NCBI RefSeq assembly: GCF_009914755.1
Contig: NC_060928.1
Source of the DNA: the human T2T-CHM13v2.0 reference genome, Homo sapiens
Strand: one strand, 5' to 3'
Length of the DNA: 64,000 nucleotides
The notes beneath the pieces are model-generated. The model was not told the DNA's origin, searched no databases, and saw only the letters and a list, made by a program, of their open reading frames with translations. A program made the position numbers and the translations under genes. Shown piece after piece: positions 1 to 17,145 of the stretch (positions are counted from its first letter, which is position 1; each line of letters starts with the position of its first letter).

Positions 1-48
1 CCTAGGTGACAGAACAAGACCTGGTCTCTAAAAATAAATAGATAAACT
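1..48 (+). mobile_element. Alu 3' end, cut by the window edge
   Basis: CCTAGGTGACAGAACAAGAC..TCTC followed by an A-rich tail. Confidence 0.8.
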
Positions 49-1505
49 ATAAAAGCTATAATAGATTGGGAAGGGTTGGTATTTTTGTTGGTATTTATAA
101 ACAATGTATTCTATATTCTTATGCATCTGGTCACAGATTGGATTGTCTGGTATAGAAGCTATTTGGGTTTTTATTCACCAGTAGACTCCATTGAAACAAT
201 AAAAACGTCCATTGTTTCTTAACTACAGTATTTTATTTACCTGTCTAAGATCATTAGTACAACGTACAGACAGGCTATTTTACCTAAATCCCAATCTCCA
301 CAAATTATCTTGTGAATGATATCTCACTATTATTAGTACTCAAAGTCTCAGACTTAAACACTATTTCTTACCTTATCTAAGAGTCAACTTGCACTGGTGA
401 TAAGTTTAGAAATACAATTACTTTATCCAGGAGATTGCCTACAATTAAAATGTCCCAAAGCATCTCTGACAGTGACCCATAGAACCTGGTGCCAAAGTGA
501 TTATGCACAGTACTGAAATAAGCTAATGACCCTGGCTGTGGCTATGAAACTCTCTGTAGAAGAAATTAGCCCAACATGTTATGTAGATATATTAAGACAA
601 GGAGAGCAACAGAGGCTTAAAACTTTGATCCTTCTGGGCAGACTGAAATTTTTGGCTGATGCGTTTAACCAAATGATTTGGGAAAGAGAAGGAGATGACA
701 AGTCGTTAAGGCAGTACAATCACACGTCTTAAATGTTGGCTTCGTGGAGCATCTAATTCTCATTTCATTAACATACCAAGTAAGTTCCAGAGACACTAAA
801 ACTCCAAATACGTTACATGTAAGTATGTGTACCGCAGAGTCATAAATGGGAGATTTTATCTGAAGGACTGAGATTTAATTGATATCATCGACTAAGGAGA
901 GCTATGGTCTTTCATTGTAATCATGAAAAGCTAGTTATATTATCCTTAAGTCCCTTACCCATGTAAGAAAGATGGGTTGAGTCGATTGTAGAAATTAGTT
1001 CTGGAAGGGATTTTAGAGAGTGCAATGTTATATCTCTTATACAGGGGAGGAGAATGGAGGTATCTACCCTTTCTTCAAGCATAAGAGAAAGAAGCTTCAA
1101 TAGTATCATTTTTAAAGTTTGATGTGTATTACTTGAAGCTGAAGCAAACACAACAAACTTGTGTTTCATTCCTGCCTGAGAACCATGGAGCATAAGAGAA
1201 AAAGCCAGTTAGCTTCCTCTTGTAATGAGTGTGAAATGAAAGTTCCTGCTTTGGGACCATTGTGTATTTCCAGATTGGTCAGAACAAAGGATGCAGTGGT
1301 GTTTCTCATGCATGAGATATAGGCCACATATGTGGTACATTATAGGGCTCAAAATAAGTTATCTTTAACAGAGCCAGTAAGATGGCCCACAAAACCACAG
1401 CAGGTAAAAAATGGAAGTACGATTAAATCTCTTGGATCTAAAGTACCATTAGTTCTCATACAGAATTTAGGTGAACCTACTGGATGTTCTTGCCCTACTT
1501 AGGGA

Positions 1506-1550
1506 AACAACAACAATAACAACAACAACAACAACAAAAACAAACAAAAC
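1506..1550. repeat. (CAA)n microsatellite
   Basis: aacaacaacaataacaacaacaacaacaacaaaaacaaac. Confidence 0.9.
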
Positions 1551-1642
1551 ACTCCCAGTAACTGGGCAGAGCTTCAAAGAATTTATGAAAATATTCACAA
1601 GAGATCTGCCAGCCCCAAAAGCATTAAGCTGTGTTATAACAA

Positions 1643-2513
1643 TGATGCAGGGTGTTTTCTTGACCCCTTCACGGGACTCGTGACCAGGGTGCCTCATTTA
1701 CTCAGACTGCCCCACTCAACCCCTTGCAGGAGGGAGCATACTAGCAAATGAGTGCAGGTGCTGGCTGCCCTGGTGCTGGCAGGAGTGAATTCTGTGCGTG
1801 TCCCTCAGCACCGTCCAGTTGGGGGTACCTGCCACCCCCAAGGCCCCGGAGGGCATGTTACAATGCTGTCTTATTTCTGCCGTCTGCAGACAGCAGTGTG
1901 TTATCAGCTCAGTGGGCACTTCACCTCATTGTGTGGGGCAGCTGCCCTCTGCCAGTGAGGGCAAAGGGTCAGTTTGACACTCTTTTTGGGCACCCACAGC
2001 TGGTGCAGCCCAAATTCTTGTCTGGTGCCCAAGAGGAATGAGGTCACACAAAAGAATTGAAGGATGGTGAATATGGATAATTTTACTGAATGATGAAAGT
2101 GGCTCTCAGCAGAGAGGGGAGCTGGAAAGGGGATGGGAAGGGCAGGTTACTGTCCCTTGAAGTCAAGCCACCTCTCTGCCTTGTCCAGCCATGTCTCTGA
2201 AGACAAGCTTCCCCTCTCCAACATCTAGGTGCTTCTTCCCGACATCCAGCCGCTTCTTCTCTCTTACGGCTGAGTCTGGGGTCTTTATAAGCACAGGATA
2301 TGGGTTGAGGTGGGCCATAGGTAGCTCTGGAAAAGGCAACATTTGATTGGTAAAAAGACATTATTCAGAAAGAACCAATCTGGAGAGAGCGGGCACATAG
2401 GAATGGAAGTTCTCACTTTGGGCCATGGTTTCAGGCTTTTTGGCTCGAAGGTGGGGTTTTGCCAGGGACCTGCCCCTGTCTGCCTAGAATTTCTCTGCCT
2501 CTTGTCACTATCA
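1643..2513 (-). mobile_element. Solo ERV1-class LTR (LTR27/LTR28/MER52-like group)
   Basis: TG..CA termini. Perfect 4-bp TSD ACAA (1639-1642, 2514-2517). Minus strand begins TGATAGTGACAAGAGGCAGAGAAATTCTAGGCAGACAGGGGCAGGTCCC. Confidence 0.85.
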
Positions 2514-2934
2514 ACAACTCCACTTGACTAGAAGCTTTCTTGCTCCCCATCTTCTATTTCTCTGCTCCAACACTGAAGGGTTCAAAAAGAATAGGTGGCA
2601 AGTGTGAGAAAGTGAAAAAGAAAGAGCCAACTACATCCCTCTTTCAACATAGTAAGCAATCTGGTAAACACATGCTTTCTCAGGAGAAGAGAAGCAATTA
2701 TACCTGATTTAGGTTGAAAGCTTTATTACCTGAGACTACATGCTAATTTCTGAGTCTGTGTTTAGTGATTTTGAAAAGAATACTGAGCTAAGAGTTATCC
2801 AAAATGTCTAAGAACAACTGCCCATGTTTTCATCTAGTGACAGGGAAAGTTCTCTACCTAATGAACACATTTGAAGTAAGCGCTGGGCAAAGAATTAAGC
2901 TATTTTCTTATTACATCTCATAAAATACATGAGG

Positions 2935-5169
<2,235 letters not shown>

Positions 5170-5287
5170 TGATTTTTGTATTTTGCTTACACGAAAAATG
5201 ACATATGATAGGATCAAAGGCTAGTGATTAATATATCAACTTTACTGACATTAAAGCTGAGTTGAATAATAGCTCAGATTAAGCTTG

Positions 5288-5703
5288 TGATATAGCTTGG
5301 ATCTGTGTCCCCACCCAAATTTCATGTTGAAATGTAATCCCTAATGTTGGAGGTAGGACCCAGCGGGAGGTGACTGGATCGTGGGGGTGATCCTTTAAGA
5401 ATAGTTTAGCACTGTCCCTTTGGTGCTGTTCTTGTGATACTGAGTGAGTTCTGGGGAGATCTGATGGTTTAAAAGTGTGTAGCACCTCTCGGCTCTCTAT
5501 CTTGCTCCTGGCTCCTACCATGTAAGACGACTGCTCCTTCTTTGCCTTCCACCATGATTGGAAACTCACTGAGGCCCCCCCAAAGCAGAAGTCACTATGC
5601 TTCCTGTACAGCCTGTGGAACTCTGAGCTAACTAAACTTCTTTTTAAATAAATTACCCAGTCTCAGGTATTTCTTCATAGCAATGCGAGAATTGCCTAAT
5701 ACA
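5288..5703 (+). mobile_element. MaLR LTR (MSTA-like)
   Basis: TGATATAGCTTGGATCTGTGTCCCCACCCAAAT..AAATTACCCAGTCTCAGGTAT..CTAATACA. Near-TSD gcttg/gtttg. Confidence 0.9.
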
Positions 5704-6734
5704 GTTTGTGACTATAATTATGTTTCTTAGCGCCGTCTCAGTTCAGAATTTGGAACAACCCACCTGAGTGAGTGTTAGAGACCAAAGAGAGAAAAAACCC
5801 CACGCAGAATCATTGTCTTGCACATACTGAAGGTAAAGTTAATATGTATCCTTAAATTTGTTTGAATTGTGAAATATTTTATTCTTAAATATTTAAAGCT
5901 TCCAAAAAAATGTGAGAAAGATGAATTTTAAAATACTTGGAAAATATCTTTATTTGTAGACATTTACTTGATATGCAAGTTTTTGAAGCACTGAAACAGA
6001 AATATCCTGTGTATGTACTTTAACAACTAATCTGTTGCCTATGTAAATAGTGTGCTTTCAATATTGCTGATTGAATTTAGGATTAGATACATGGTTATAG
6101 AATTAAAAACAAATTGATACATAAATTTATAGAGAAAAGTAGAAATTAAGTAAAAATTGTCTGCCATTAAAAATACTGTCACTGGCCTACAATATTCACT
6201 AGACTCTATCTGTATTTTAGGACATACATTAAATCAATATGTATTTTTTATTCCTGACCCAACCTTTGTTTAGCCAAGCAAATGTGCAAGGAAAAAGTTA
6301 CAAGATAAATTATATGTCTTTGCTTTGTTACAGGCTATTTGTCACTATAACACATTGAAATTAAAAGAGCCATCTTTGATATCATTCTTCAACAATGTAT
6401 TCCCTTTTGTCACTACTCTGTACATTTTATTTCTTTTTAGAAACAAACACACTTTATTGATTTCTATTTTTGAAACATTTAAAATGGTCTTTCATGGCAT
6501 TTGGTTATATGTTAGGTAGAGCTTCTTAAGTTCAAAAATAATAGTTGAATAGATTTCTTTGGCAAAAGAGATTGTGGTTTTTCCCCTCCTTATAAATCTC
6601 TTTTTAAGAAGCAAATTTCTTGCACACGTGCAATAATTTGAATCCATGTAATTTTGGGGACAGAGACGTAAAAAACATAAATGATTCAGAAATTTCTAGT
6701 TGTTATATTTTTAATGTACAGCTGACTGTCATGA

Positions 6735-7168
6735 TGACATAATTCAGATATTTGTCCCCCAAATCTTATGTTGAAATATAATCCCCAATGATAGATGTGA
6801 GGCCTGATGGGAGACTATGGGATCATGGGGACAGAATTTCTCCTTAATGGTTTAGCACTATCCCCGTGGTCCCGTCCCCGTGGTCTCATCCTCATGACAG
6901 TGAGTGAGTTCTTATGAGAGTTCATTGTTTAAACATGAGTGGCATCTTCCCACTTCTCTCTCTTGCTCCTGCTTTCACCATGTGACCTGCCTGCTCCTGC
7001 TTGTCCTCCCAAGAGTAAAAGCCCCCTGAGGCCTCCCCAGAAGCCATGCAGATGCCGGCACCATGTTTGTACAGCCTGCAGAAACATGAGCCAATTTCAA
7101 TTTCTTTTCTGTATGAATTATCCAGTCTCAAGTATTCCTTTATAACAATGCAAGAGTGGGCTAACACA
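6735..7168 (+). mobile_element. MaLR LTR (MSTB-like)
   Basis: GTCCCCCAAATCTTATGTTGAAAT..GAGGCCTCCCCAGAAGC..CTAACACA. Confidence 0.85.
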
Positions 7169-9160
7169 CAAGGTGAAAATATATATTTAGTAGCATGTAA
7201 TATTTGCCCATGGCAAACAGATTTATTGTAGGTAAGCAAAGATAATAAACACTTGGCTTCACTTGGAAGGTTCCCTATAATCTGCCAGCTGAGGTGGGTG
7301 ATGCCTGGCATAGGAGACCAGGTGGCCATAGTGAAATAGGTAGGGTTGTCTGAAGGCTGCATTCACAAATTAAATGTATCCCACCACACATGTGATGATG
7401 TCTTAGCAAAATCCAGCAAATGTAGTCACTGAAGAGTTTTCTCCATTACTTCTGAGAGTTTACTAACAAAAAGAGTAACTCCTAAAGACTGAAGAAGAGC
7501 AAATGCAGAATCCTCTTGAGGAAAAAGAAGGCTGGACTAAAGGAAAAGTAGCCTTTTAAACTTGGCAACATATTACATATTACAGTAATAATTCATCCAA
7601 GCTGACAAATTCAGTCAACTTCAACTGGCTTTCTTTCATAGGAGAGTGATTGCTCTAGAAGATAAGGAACAAAGTATAAAAAGTAATGTGATTCCACCTT
7701 ATTGAGGCTAAAGGTTTTATCTCACAGAATGTTTATCTGAACATTGCAGAAATATGATTTCGCTCAAAGAGCTCTTCGATTAAGGCAGAAGTGAGTGACA
7801 GGAAAACTAAATACAAAAGATTTTCTAAATAATGTAAGTAATGAGGGAGTAACTAAATTTAGTATGTGTGTTTGGTGGTGGCATTGTGAGAGAGTATATA
7901 TGATGTTCATTAAATGGAAGAATACTACAAGTTGGTGACTAATTTAATGAAATAGAGTTATAAACATAATGCAGATGCTACCATAGGAGAATCTACTCGA
8001 GGATAAAACAAGTGGGGCAAATATAAGGTGAGTAAAACTAGATTTCTAGAAGTGGGGCAGAAAATGATGGAATAGCAAATATAGATGAGATAATGAAAAT
8101 TATTAATCACAATCTAAAAAATGTAGAAACTCTTTGTTCTCAGCATGGATCAAACAACTCCCTCTCCTACCAGCAAGCCTTCCGAAAATAACATATCAGA
8201 AAGAACTCTAATTAGAAAAAAAAGAAACCCAACAGAAGACATTTTGCAAGAGGCAGAATATATTCATTTTACTAGGTATTCCAATTTAGCTTGGGGATTT
8301 ACTGGAAGTGTGAAAAACTTGAAAAGGGCTCCCCTAGAAGTACAAATAAATAGAAAATGGGTCAATAGGGAAAGGGGATTTTATCTGGAACAAAATATAA
8401 AATAGAATGAAATCAGTGAATAAATGAATAAATAAATGAATATATAAAGTGATACAACACTAACATTTTTAGCAACTCTTCTTGGTCTCTAAAAGAGACC
8501 AATGAGATTTTCAAAGTGGAACAAATGGCTGTGGGATTGTTTGGGATGGATGGTTTCTAAATTGCCAGAATGAAATCTAGGGCCTCCAGTATGAAGCATA
8601 TCCCAACTTGGTGTTCTTGGTTATTTTTTCAAAATACGTGGCTGCTTCAGGACAGATAATGAAGTTACTCCATGTTTCTTGGAGACTGAACTGGAAAGCC
8701 AGTGATCCAGATTCTTTTCTACATCCTTCTCCCTCTTTTCTACTTTTCTTGACTTGTCTCTGGTTTATCTGTTTCTTTCTCTCCCACTTCTTATAAGCTT
8801 CCTCAGTTTTCTTTTCTCATAGCCTATGTGGATGGCTCCTCTCTGGCCCTGCTTTCTGCAACCTTACATTTTGGGTGTAGGGTCCTCCACTCTGTTAATA
8901 CCTTCTATGTCTCCTGATTAAATTTCTTAAGGCATAGAATCTCCTTAGTGTTTGACTCAAATTGGCTGGCCCTGGGTCAGTTTCCTTCCTGGTTTCAATC
9001 AGTAGTTGCCAGAGTTGGAAGGTGGAATTGGATGCCAGAACTGTCTTTTTCAGGTACTGCAGTCAGCAAACCCTGGTTAAAAGGCAAAAGATCAATCTAG
9101 AAGTACAAAGAAATGAACAATGCAGTAGTAAGTGCTCATTTATTTATTAAAAGCAGTTCA

Positions 9161-9477
9161 GGCCATGCACGGTGGCTGCCTGTAATCCCAGCACTTTGGG
9201 AGGCTGAAGCGAGGGGATTGCTTGAGCTCAGGAGTTTGAGACCACTCTCGGCAATACGGCCAAACATTGTCCCCACAAAAATACAAAAATTAGCAGGGCA
9301 TGGTGGCATGTGTTTGAAGTCCCACCTACTTGGAAGGCTGAGGTAGGAGGATCACTTGAGCCTGGGAGGATGAACCTCAAGTAAGTCATGTTTGTGCTAC
9401 GGCACTCCAGCTTAAATGACAGGTGAGACCCTGTCTCAAACAAAACAAAACAAAAAACCAAAGAAAGAAAAAAAAAG
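9161..9477 (+). mobile_element. Alu (AluJ-like)
   Basis: GGCC..TGTAATCCCAGCACTTTGGGAGGC, two arms, (CAAAA)n tail. Confidence 0.92.
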
Positions 9478-9484
9478 ACAAACA

Positions 9485-9714
<230 letters not shown>

Positions 9715-10339
9715 CCCTGATACTGAACTCAGATAATATTCAGACATTGAATTGAACGTTGGGAATAAAGTGGTGGACAAGAAAGATATTCTCTGTGCAA
9801 TGAAACCGAGTCATTCAGAGTTTTACAGGGGAAGACTCATCCTATAGGGCTACTGCTGACATTTTAGAATAGTCCTTTAGAAATTATGAGAGACTAAGAA
9901 TGTTGTCAATAATTTTATTATAATAATGTGTCAATTACAGAACTCATGTCATAGAATTTTCTTTCTCTTAATATATTAATTTTAATAGATTGTGCTCTGC
10001 ATGCTTAAAAGAGAAGTGTTTTTTTCACCTGGAGTTTTAAATAGAAAGGTAAGCCAAGAGGAGTGTGATAAGATTCTTGGAAGATAACATGGGCATTTGA
10101 ATTGCAGCTATCATTGATTTAAAAGGTACAATTACATGTCTGGAAACATTTTCAGAAGTTGTAACTGAAACTTGGACACTGAATGTATCAAACTGTATTG
10201 TATCAAATTACAGAAACTCAAATCAAAGTTTGGCTCATTAGATACATGAGTTTGCGAAAGCAGTCTTTTTCATTTATAGAAACCTAGTTGCAATAATAAC
10301 AATAATATCATGGTAATGATAATGGCAATAAATCACATG

Positions 10340-10560
10340 ACATTTATTGGCTTTTAGGATATACCAAAGACTTTTGTGGACGGACACTGACATGGATCAG
10401 TTACTTTAATTTTCACAACAGCTCTTATGGGTATTATGATCATTTCATAATTTACAATTAAAGAACTGAAGAAGAGAGATTAAGTAAACTGCCAAACCTC
10501 ATTCAACTATTACATGGTGGAGCCAGGGTTTCAGCCCAGCAGTCTGACTATAGATCCATC
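10340..10560 (-). mobile_element. MIR
   Basis: catttattg..taattttcacaaca..tttacaatt..gattaagtaa..ggagccagggtttcagcccagcagtctgac. Confidence 0.7.
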
Positions 10561-11606
10561 AAGATTTTTTAGTTTTACATGAACACACATAATCAGACAT
10601 TATCAAGTAACTTTCAACACAGTACTACAAGTAATACTTTGCATTTCCAGATATTGATGGTCTTGGTAATAACCCATGGAATGCAATAGTCACGAAGAAT
10701 AAAATGTAGCATTTTCCACTAATATTGTGCAATGAAGACAGTACTTTCTGTGGACATAATTTACTGAATGATCTTTGTAAGAAGTGCCTTTAAAATTGTC
10801 TATAAGCATTTTACATTCGTGCTGTGTTATACAGCATTGTTTTTACCTGCAAATTTATTATATCAATGGTTTATCTGAGAGTACAGACTTGATATTTAAA
10901 CATGATGACAAATAAAACATTCTAAAAATTGAGTGATTATATTTGAGTTTCAGAATACTCTTTAGTTTCCTTTTTTTTGCCAAAATGAGACTGTTAGACA
11001 TTGCGTCTTTAAAACTTCCATGATTTGATAAACGCAATACTCAGCAGTCAGAACTTGTTTTTAGAAAACCTACCTGCCTTTTTCAATATGCTCTTGCTAT
11101 AAAATCCTTATTATTTGAAATAAATTCTTCTCCAATTCAGCCATAATATTAATTACTCAGTTGCTCAGATATCAACATAAATTGAGAATGAAAACTACAG
11201 AAGGAAACACATCAGATTATTAATGATTATTTTCATAGATATGAAAAAGAAGAGGTCAAGATTGAGGATGATGAGCAGAGATGACCGCAGTATTATACGT
11301 ATTTTTTACAGAAGAATGTATTCAAGTATTACATGTGCATTTAAAAGATAATTCAAAAAACACACAATATCTTCATTTCATTCAGAGGGTCATGACTGGA
11401 AGAGAGACAGCTATTTTCTCCTAAAAATATAGTACTATATAAAACTAGTCAATTTCAGGTCCCTGAATTTGAATATGTAGTCAATATCTACTAAAGGGAT
11501 AATTTAGTGCTGTGTAATTTTTTAAAAAAAATTTTTAGGCTAGATCTTTGGAAATTATTATTATTATTATTTTATTCTGCACCTGTGTGATTTTATCAAT
11601 TAGCTT

Positions 11607-11970
11607 AGGCATGTGACTTAGGTTCTACCAATAAGAAGATAAGTTCATTTGGAGAAATGAGAGGAGGGAACCAAGCTTGGGAGAACTGATCTTCTGACAA
11701 GTGGAATGGCACACCAACTTGTTTGTTGAGAATGACAGAGGTGGAAGTTCTTGTGGTTGGGAGTGAACCTGGCAGGCACTGGACAGCAGAGGCAGGTGAG
11801 GGTTCAGCAGCACAGCTCTCTTGGAGTGGTTTTGCATTGTCGCAACTGCAGAGCACTCGTGCCTGGATCACTGGCACTATGAACCAAGTGACTTCATTTA
11901 GTAAATTTTTCTTCTGTATCAACTCAAGAGACTAGATTTTGTCTTTTACAACTAAGAATCCTGAGTGATA
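11607..11970 (+). mobile_element. Old ERVL-type LTR fragment (LTR33-like)
   Basis: gcatgtgacttaggttctaccaat near the start and acaactaagaatcctgagtgata at the end. Confidence 0.5.
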
Positions 11971-12902
11971 TAATAGCATTTTTTTTCTAGTTTATCCACC
12001 TACATCATACTCTTCTCATTGGAAGAAGCTATTGTGGTTCTTTGTCCCCATATCATCCTTTCCGTAGAAGTATATATTGAAAATTAACTCATAGATGAAA
12101 TAGATTAAATAGAATATATGAGAAACAAGTCTTCACTTTTGTAAAGCGAGCGTAATACAGGTTTTATAGGTGGGATTTGGGAGGGTCTATCAAGTTTATC
12201 TTGATAGTCTTTGGGCAAAAAGCAAAGGCCAGACATTTGCAAATTATTTCCAAAATGAGAATGTAGAAAGGAAAAAAAATTGAGAACAAATGTTCCTAAA
12301 TTCATAAACTCTTTTATTTTATAAATAAAAAAGTTAAGGCCAAAGTAAGCAGTGTTTGTTACATTGTTAAGGACTGTCAAAGATGAATCTGAAAACTTCT
12401 AGAGCTGTTATTCCATGCTCTTTCCATTTCACCATGTTTTGCCCTTCATGAAAATACTTATGTTCTTATCTGCATTACTGTTGCTGTGTCCTTTAAGAGC
12501 AAATTTGGGAAAATTCAGCTTCAGGCTTTTTATATTTTCTCTTACTGCCTCTATCACAGCTCCTGAAACCCAGACTTGTGAATTAATTAGTCCATTTCCC
12601 TTTGTCTCTCCTAGTTCCACTCTCAGGAGAAAGATAACCGCAACAATTTGCCTAATGGAGTTGTAAGGTATTTCAAGGTATGTCCACCTATGATATTGAT
12701 TAATTTTAACATCTGTCATAATTTATTCTCCTTCATTCTGGTCATTACCACCCACAGTCCTTCTCTTGAGTGAGATGTTTGTTATTCTGCCGTTCGTTGG
12801 CCTTTGGCCCAACCTCTCCTAATTACTGAGGAAACAGGACTTTTCTGCTTGATTTTCCAGTTCTGTGTCCATTTGAAAGCAGAATGTCCTTTCTGCATTG
12901 GC

Positions 12903-13400
12903 TTATTCATTCAACAAATAGTCACTGAAAGTGCCTAAGAAGAGCCTGACAGTGTTCTAGGCTCTAAAGATACATCCCATAAACAAAGTGGACAAATTTC
13001 CTGTAATTGAGGAGTTCATATTCTACTAGGGAAGACAAACAATACACCTACTAAGTAAGCCCATTAATATGATGAGTCAGAAGGAGACTAGTGCCAGAGA
13101 AATACTGAGCAAGGCAAAGGGGCTTGGGTAGAAGCAATAATGTCCATTAGCATTAAAGAATCGTCACTGGGAAATTGACATTTGATCAAAGATCTGAAGA
13201 AGCGCGAAGATGGAGAGGAGGTATTGAAGATTTTCAGAGAGAGAGAGGAGGCTGCAAAATTGTTATCTGATTGAATGAGAGTGAAGGGACTTGGGAAGTG
13301 TATTAAGAAATGTAATAGGATTCCTACTTAGGGCCTGCTTAAAATTTGTGGGCATTAATTTAAAGCGAGACAAGTCTGAATACTTATGGTGTGGGTGTGT
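12903..13400 (-). mobile_element. L2 3' end
   Basis: ttattcattcaacaaata..gttctaggctct..ggagttcatattctactagggaagaca. Confidence 0.75.
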
Positions 13401-13702
13401 GTTTGTGTGCATTCATCCACATTCAGTTACACAGGTGCAGACGTGCAAGGAGAAGGCAGGAAGCTGGATTTAACAAGAATTGTGGGTATGAAGAGACAAG
13501 AGAGGGTCAAAATATTGAGAATATGACACTATTGATTAACCAGGAAATTTATATTGAAGATAGAGGGAAGCAAGGCATATTATGGAGATGACAGTTAGAA
13601 GGTGGAAGAAACAACAAATCGTATGTCCTGGTAGCATCAAAAGATTCTTGAAATTTTATCAGTAATATTGACAACCACACTAACATTTATTAAACACTTA
13701 CT

Positions 13703-14260
<558 letters not shown>

Positions 14261-15112
14261 TCAATGGATAGGAGACTTGAACGTATACAGCATGTAATCT
14301 AATTAAATGGCTAAAGATAGCAACAGTGACAAGTCTCCAGTATCTTCAAACGTAAAGCTAAAAATATCCTGTGGGTTCAGGAATATGTTTTTATTTCTGT
14401 GTTCAGTAATTTGACTTTTATGTACATTAAAGGAAGCACAGTATGAGAATCTAAGGAAAATTAATCTATTAAGATAGGATGTTTTAATTTCTAGTGGCTT
14501 ACTATTTTTCTTTAAGATAATGGACTTCCGTTTTTTATTTATTGGACTTCAAGACACAAACCAGCCTTTAACTAAAATTTTACTATATTTGTGTTCAATT
14601 CCAGAAATAAGCATGGTCCCTTCCATAAAAATGTCAAATGGTGGGATATGTATTTAATAGTGGATACAGAAAGCCTAATACAATTATCAAAGGCTTATAT
14701 GAATCAAGCAGTTTTTCTAGATAAGACTCCGAAAAGAGGAAATTAAAGCTCATCAAATGGGCTCATAAAATTAAACTGTAAGCTGATAAAGAGCTACCTG
14801 CACCTAGGATGTCCTTTCTATCATTTGTAATCTCTCTGTTCAACTTAAGAAAAATGACTCAGCACCCCATGTGCAATGCATCTTGCTGAGAAGAAGCCAT
14901 TACCAGAGGATAAATAATTTAAGTGTTCCCTCTGGGATTCAAAGCCCCTGGGCCCCAGATATCCCAGTTGTCACTGCAGGGAATAAAATAACCAGAGCTG
15001 CACTTTCTTGATAATTATTTTCTTGCATCCTCTCTCCTTTAAGTTAGCGGACATTGTATAGCCACTAGTTTAGGTAACTTCTCTAACTTACCCATGTAAT
15101 TGGTGGCTTTAA

Positions 15113-15458
<346 letters not shown>

Positions 15459-16029
15459 TATCCATGAGTATTTAAAAGATGACAGTGGGGAAGAAAGAAT
15501 AGTTTTATTCAGCTATCATGTGTGCCACATTAAATCAGGGCAAAAAAGCAGAAAGCATCATCTGAGGTATCTAATTCATTCCCATAGTAACGGAGGGCCA
15601 TCAGTTGTACTCTATTTCTCAGTGCTTCTTCCAATAGAGGCTGCCACTTTTAATCGATGTAAGTGATGGAGGCTTCCTGAATTCTGCTAGGAAGTTAGTT
15701 CTGGGCTAATATACTTCATAGCTTTTCTCTCAACCTCATTTCATCCCAAATATGCTTAGAAAACACAGCAACTTTATCTTTATGTCTTTCTTCCCCTTCC
15801 TTAATATATCTCTCCAGAGTCTCTATGCAACAACACAGAGCATTTGACTTTAAGCTATTCATGGTTTTCTCTCAGTGAAGAGAAACAATGTATTGATACA
15901 TGAAGGACTACTACCTCTGAACACTCTATAGCATATAAGCCATGGAATTCTTAGAAATACCCTGGCTTTATCCTATCCCTCTTTTCATTTTTCTGTACGC
16001 AAGTTGCTTTGTCTTGCTTCCAAACTTCA

Positions 16030-17145
16030 CCAAACAACAAACAGGAACCACAGTGAAAAAATGGGTAGATGACATGAACATGTAATTTTCAGAAAAAGAA
16101 TCTTAAAAATTAATTAGTAATCAAACAATGCAGATTAAAATGACTGTGAGATACCAAGTGACTGCTTTTTAGACAGCTTGGATGATGTCAAGTGTTAGAA
16201 GGTATGTGCTGATACAGAGTTTTCATCCACTACTAGTGGAAATGGAGAAATGATATGGTTTGGATTTGTGTCCCCACCCAAATCTCATATTGAATTGGAG
16301 GAGGGGCCTGTTGGGAGGTAACTGAATCATGGGAGTGGATTTCCACCTTGTTCTCGTGATAGTGAGTTCTCATGAGATCTGATTGTTTAAAAGTATGTGG
16401 CACTTCCCCCTCGCTCTCTCTCTCCTGCCACCACATGAATAAACTGCTTGCTTCCCCTTCACCTTCCACCATGATTGTAAGTTTCCTGAGACCTCTCAGT
16501 CATGCTTCCTGCTAATCCTGCAGAACTGTAAGTCAATTAAACCTTTTTTCTTCATAAATTACTCAGTCTCAGGTAATTCTTTGTAGCAGTGTGAGCACAG
16601 ACTAATACAAGAAGATTCCACCTATCCTAGAGATCAATCTGGTAGAACTTAACTAAATTAACTATGTGTGCTCTGTAAGATTCAGCAAGTTTTCTCCTGG
16701 ACATATATCCCGGATAAATTATTTTACAGGTTCATAGAGAAATGTACAAGAGGCTAATCATCAAAGAAGATTTGTGATGGCAGTACTAAAGGCAGGCAGG
16801 GTGTCCATCAGTGGGCAAACTGGTTAGAGTAAATGTGGTGGGCTCCCACCACAGACTACTCTGCAGAAGTTAGAAGGAATCAACTAGATAAGCCCACAGC
16901 AACATGAAATGATCCTAAAAATAAGTTTTTGAATGAAAAAAGTAAGAGTAAAGTAGATAACACTATTTGAATAAATTGAATCTATGCTCATATAAAATAA
17001 AATTATACATTTTGCAAGAACACATAAAAAGAAAAACATAGACATTGAGCACTTCAGCATGGTAGCATATGTCAATGGAGAGGAATGTGTATGGAGAAAG
17101 GCGATAACAGGGAAAATGATGTAGAGATAAACAAATAAATGAAAC
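16030..17145 (+). mobile_element. Old L1M (L1ME-like) 3' end interrupted by an LTR
   Basis: aaaaatgggtagatgacatgaaca..gagatacca..gtgtccatcagtggg..aaatgtggt. Confidence 0.65.
16251..16609 (+). mobile_element. MaLR LTR (MSTA/THE1D-like)
   Basis: TGATATGGTTTGGATTTGTGTCCCCACCCAAATCTCA..ACTAATACA. Near-TSD agaaa/agaag. Confidence 0.92.

Noticed and set aside
6922-7362. 146-aa ORF
   Set aside because: More than half is antisense MST LTR sequence, and it has no recognisable domain.
14295-14305. TAATCTAATTA paired-homeodomain palindrome (also 49788-49798, and TAATCTAATC at 24153)
   Set aside because: Expected by chance in DNA this AT-rich, with no supporting context.
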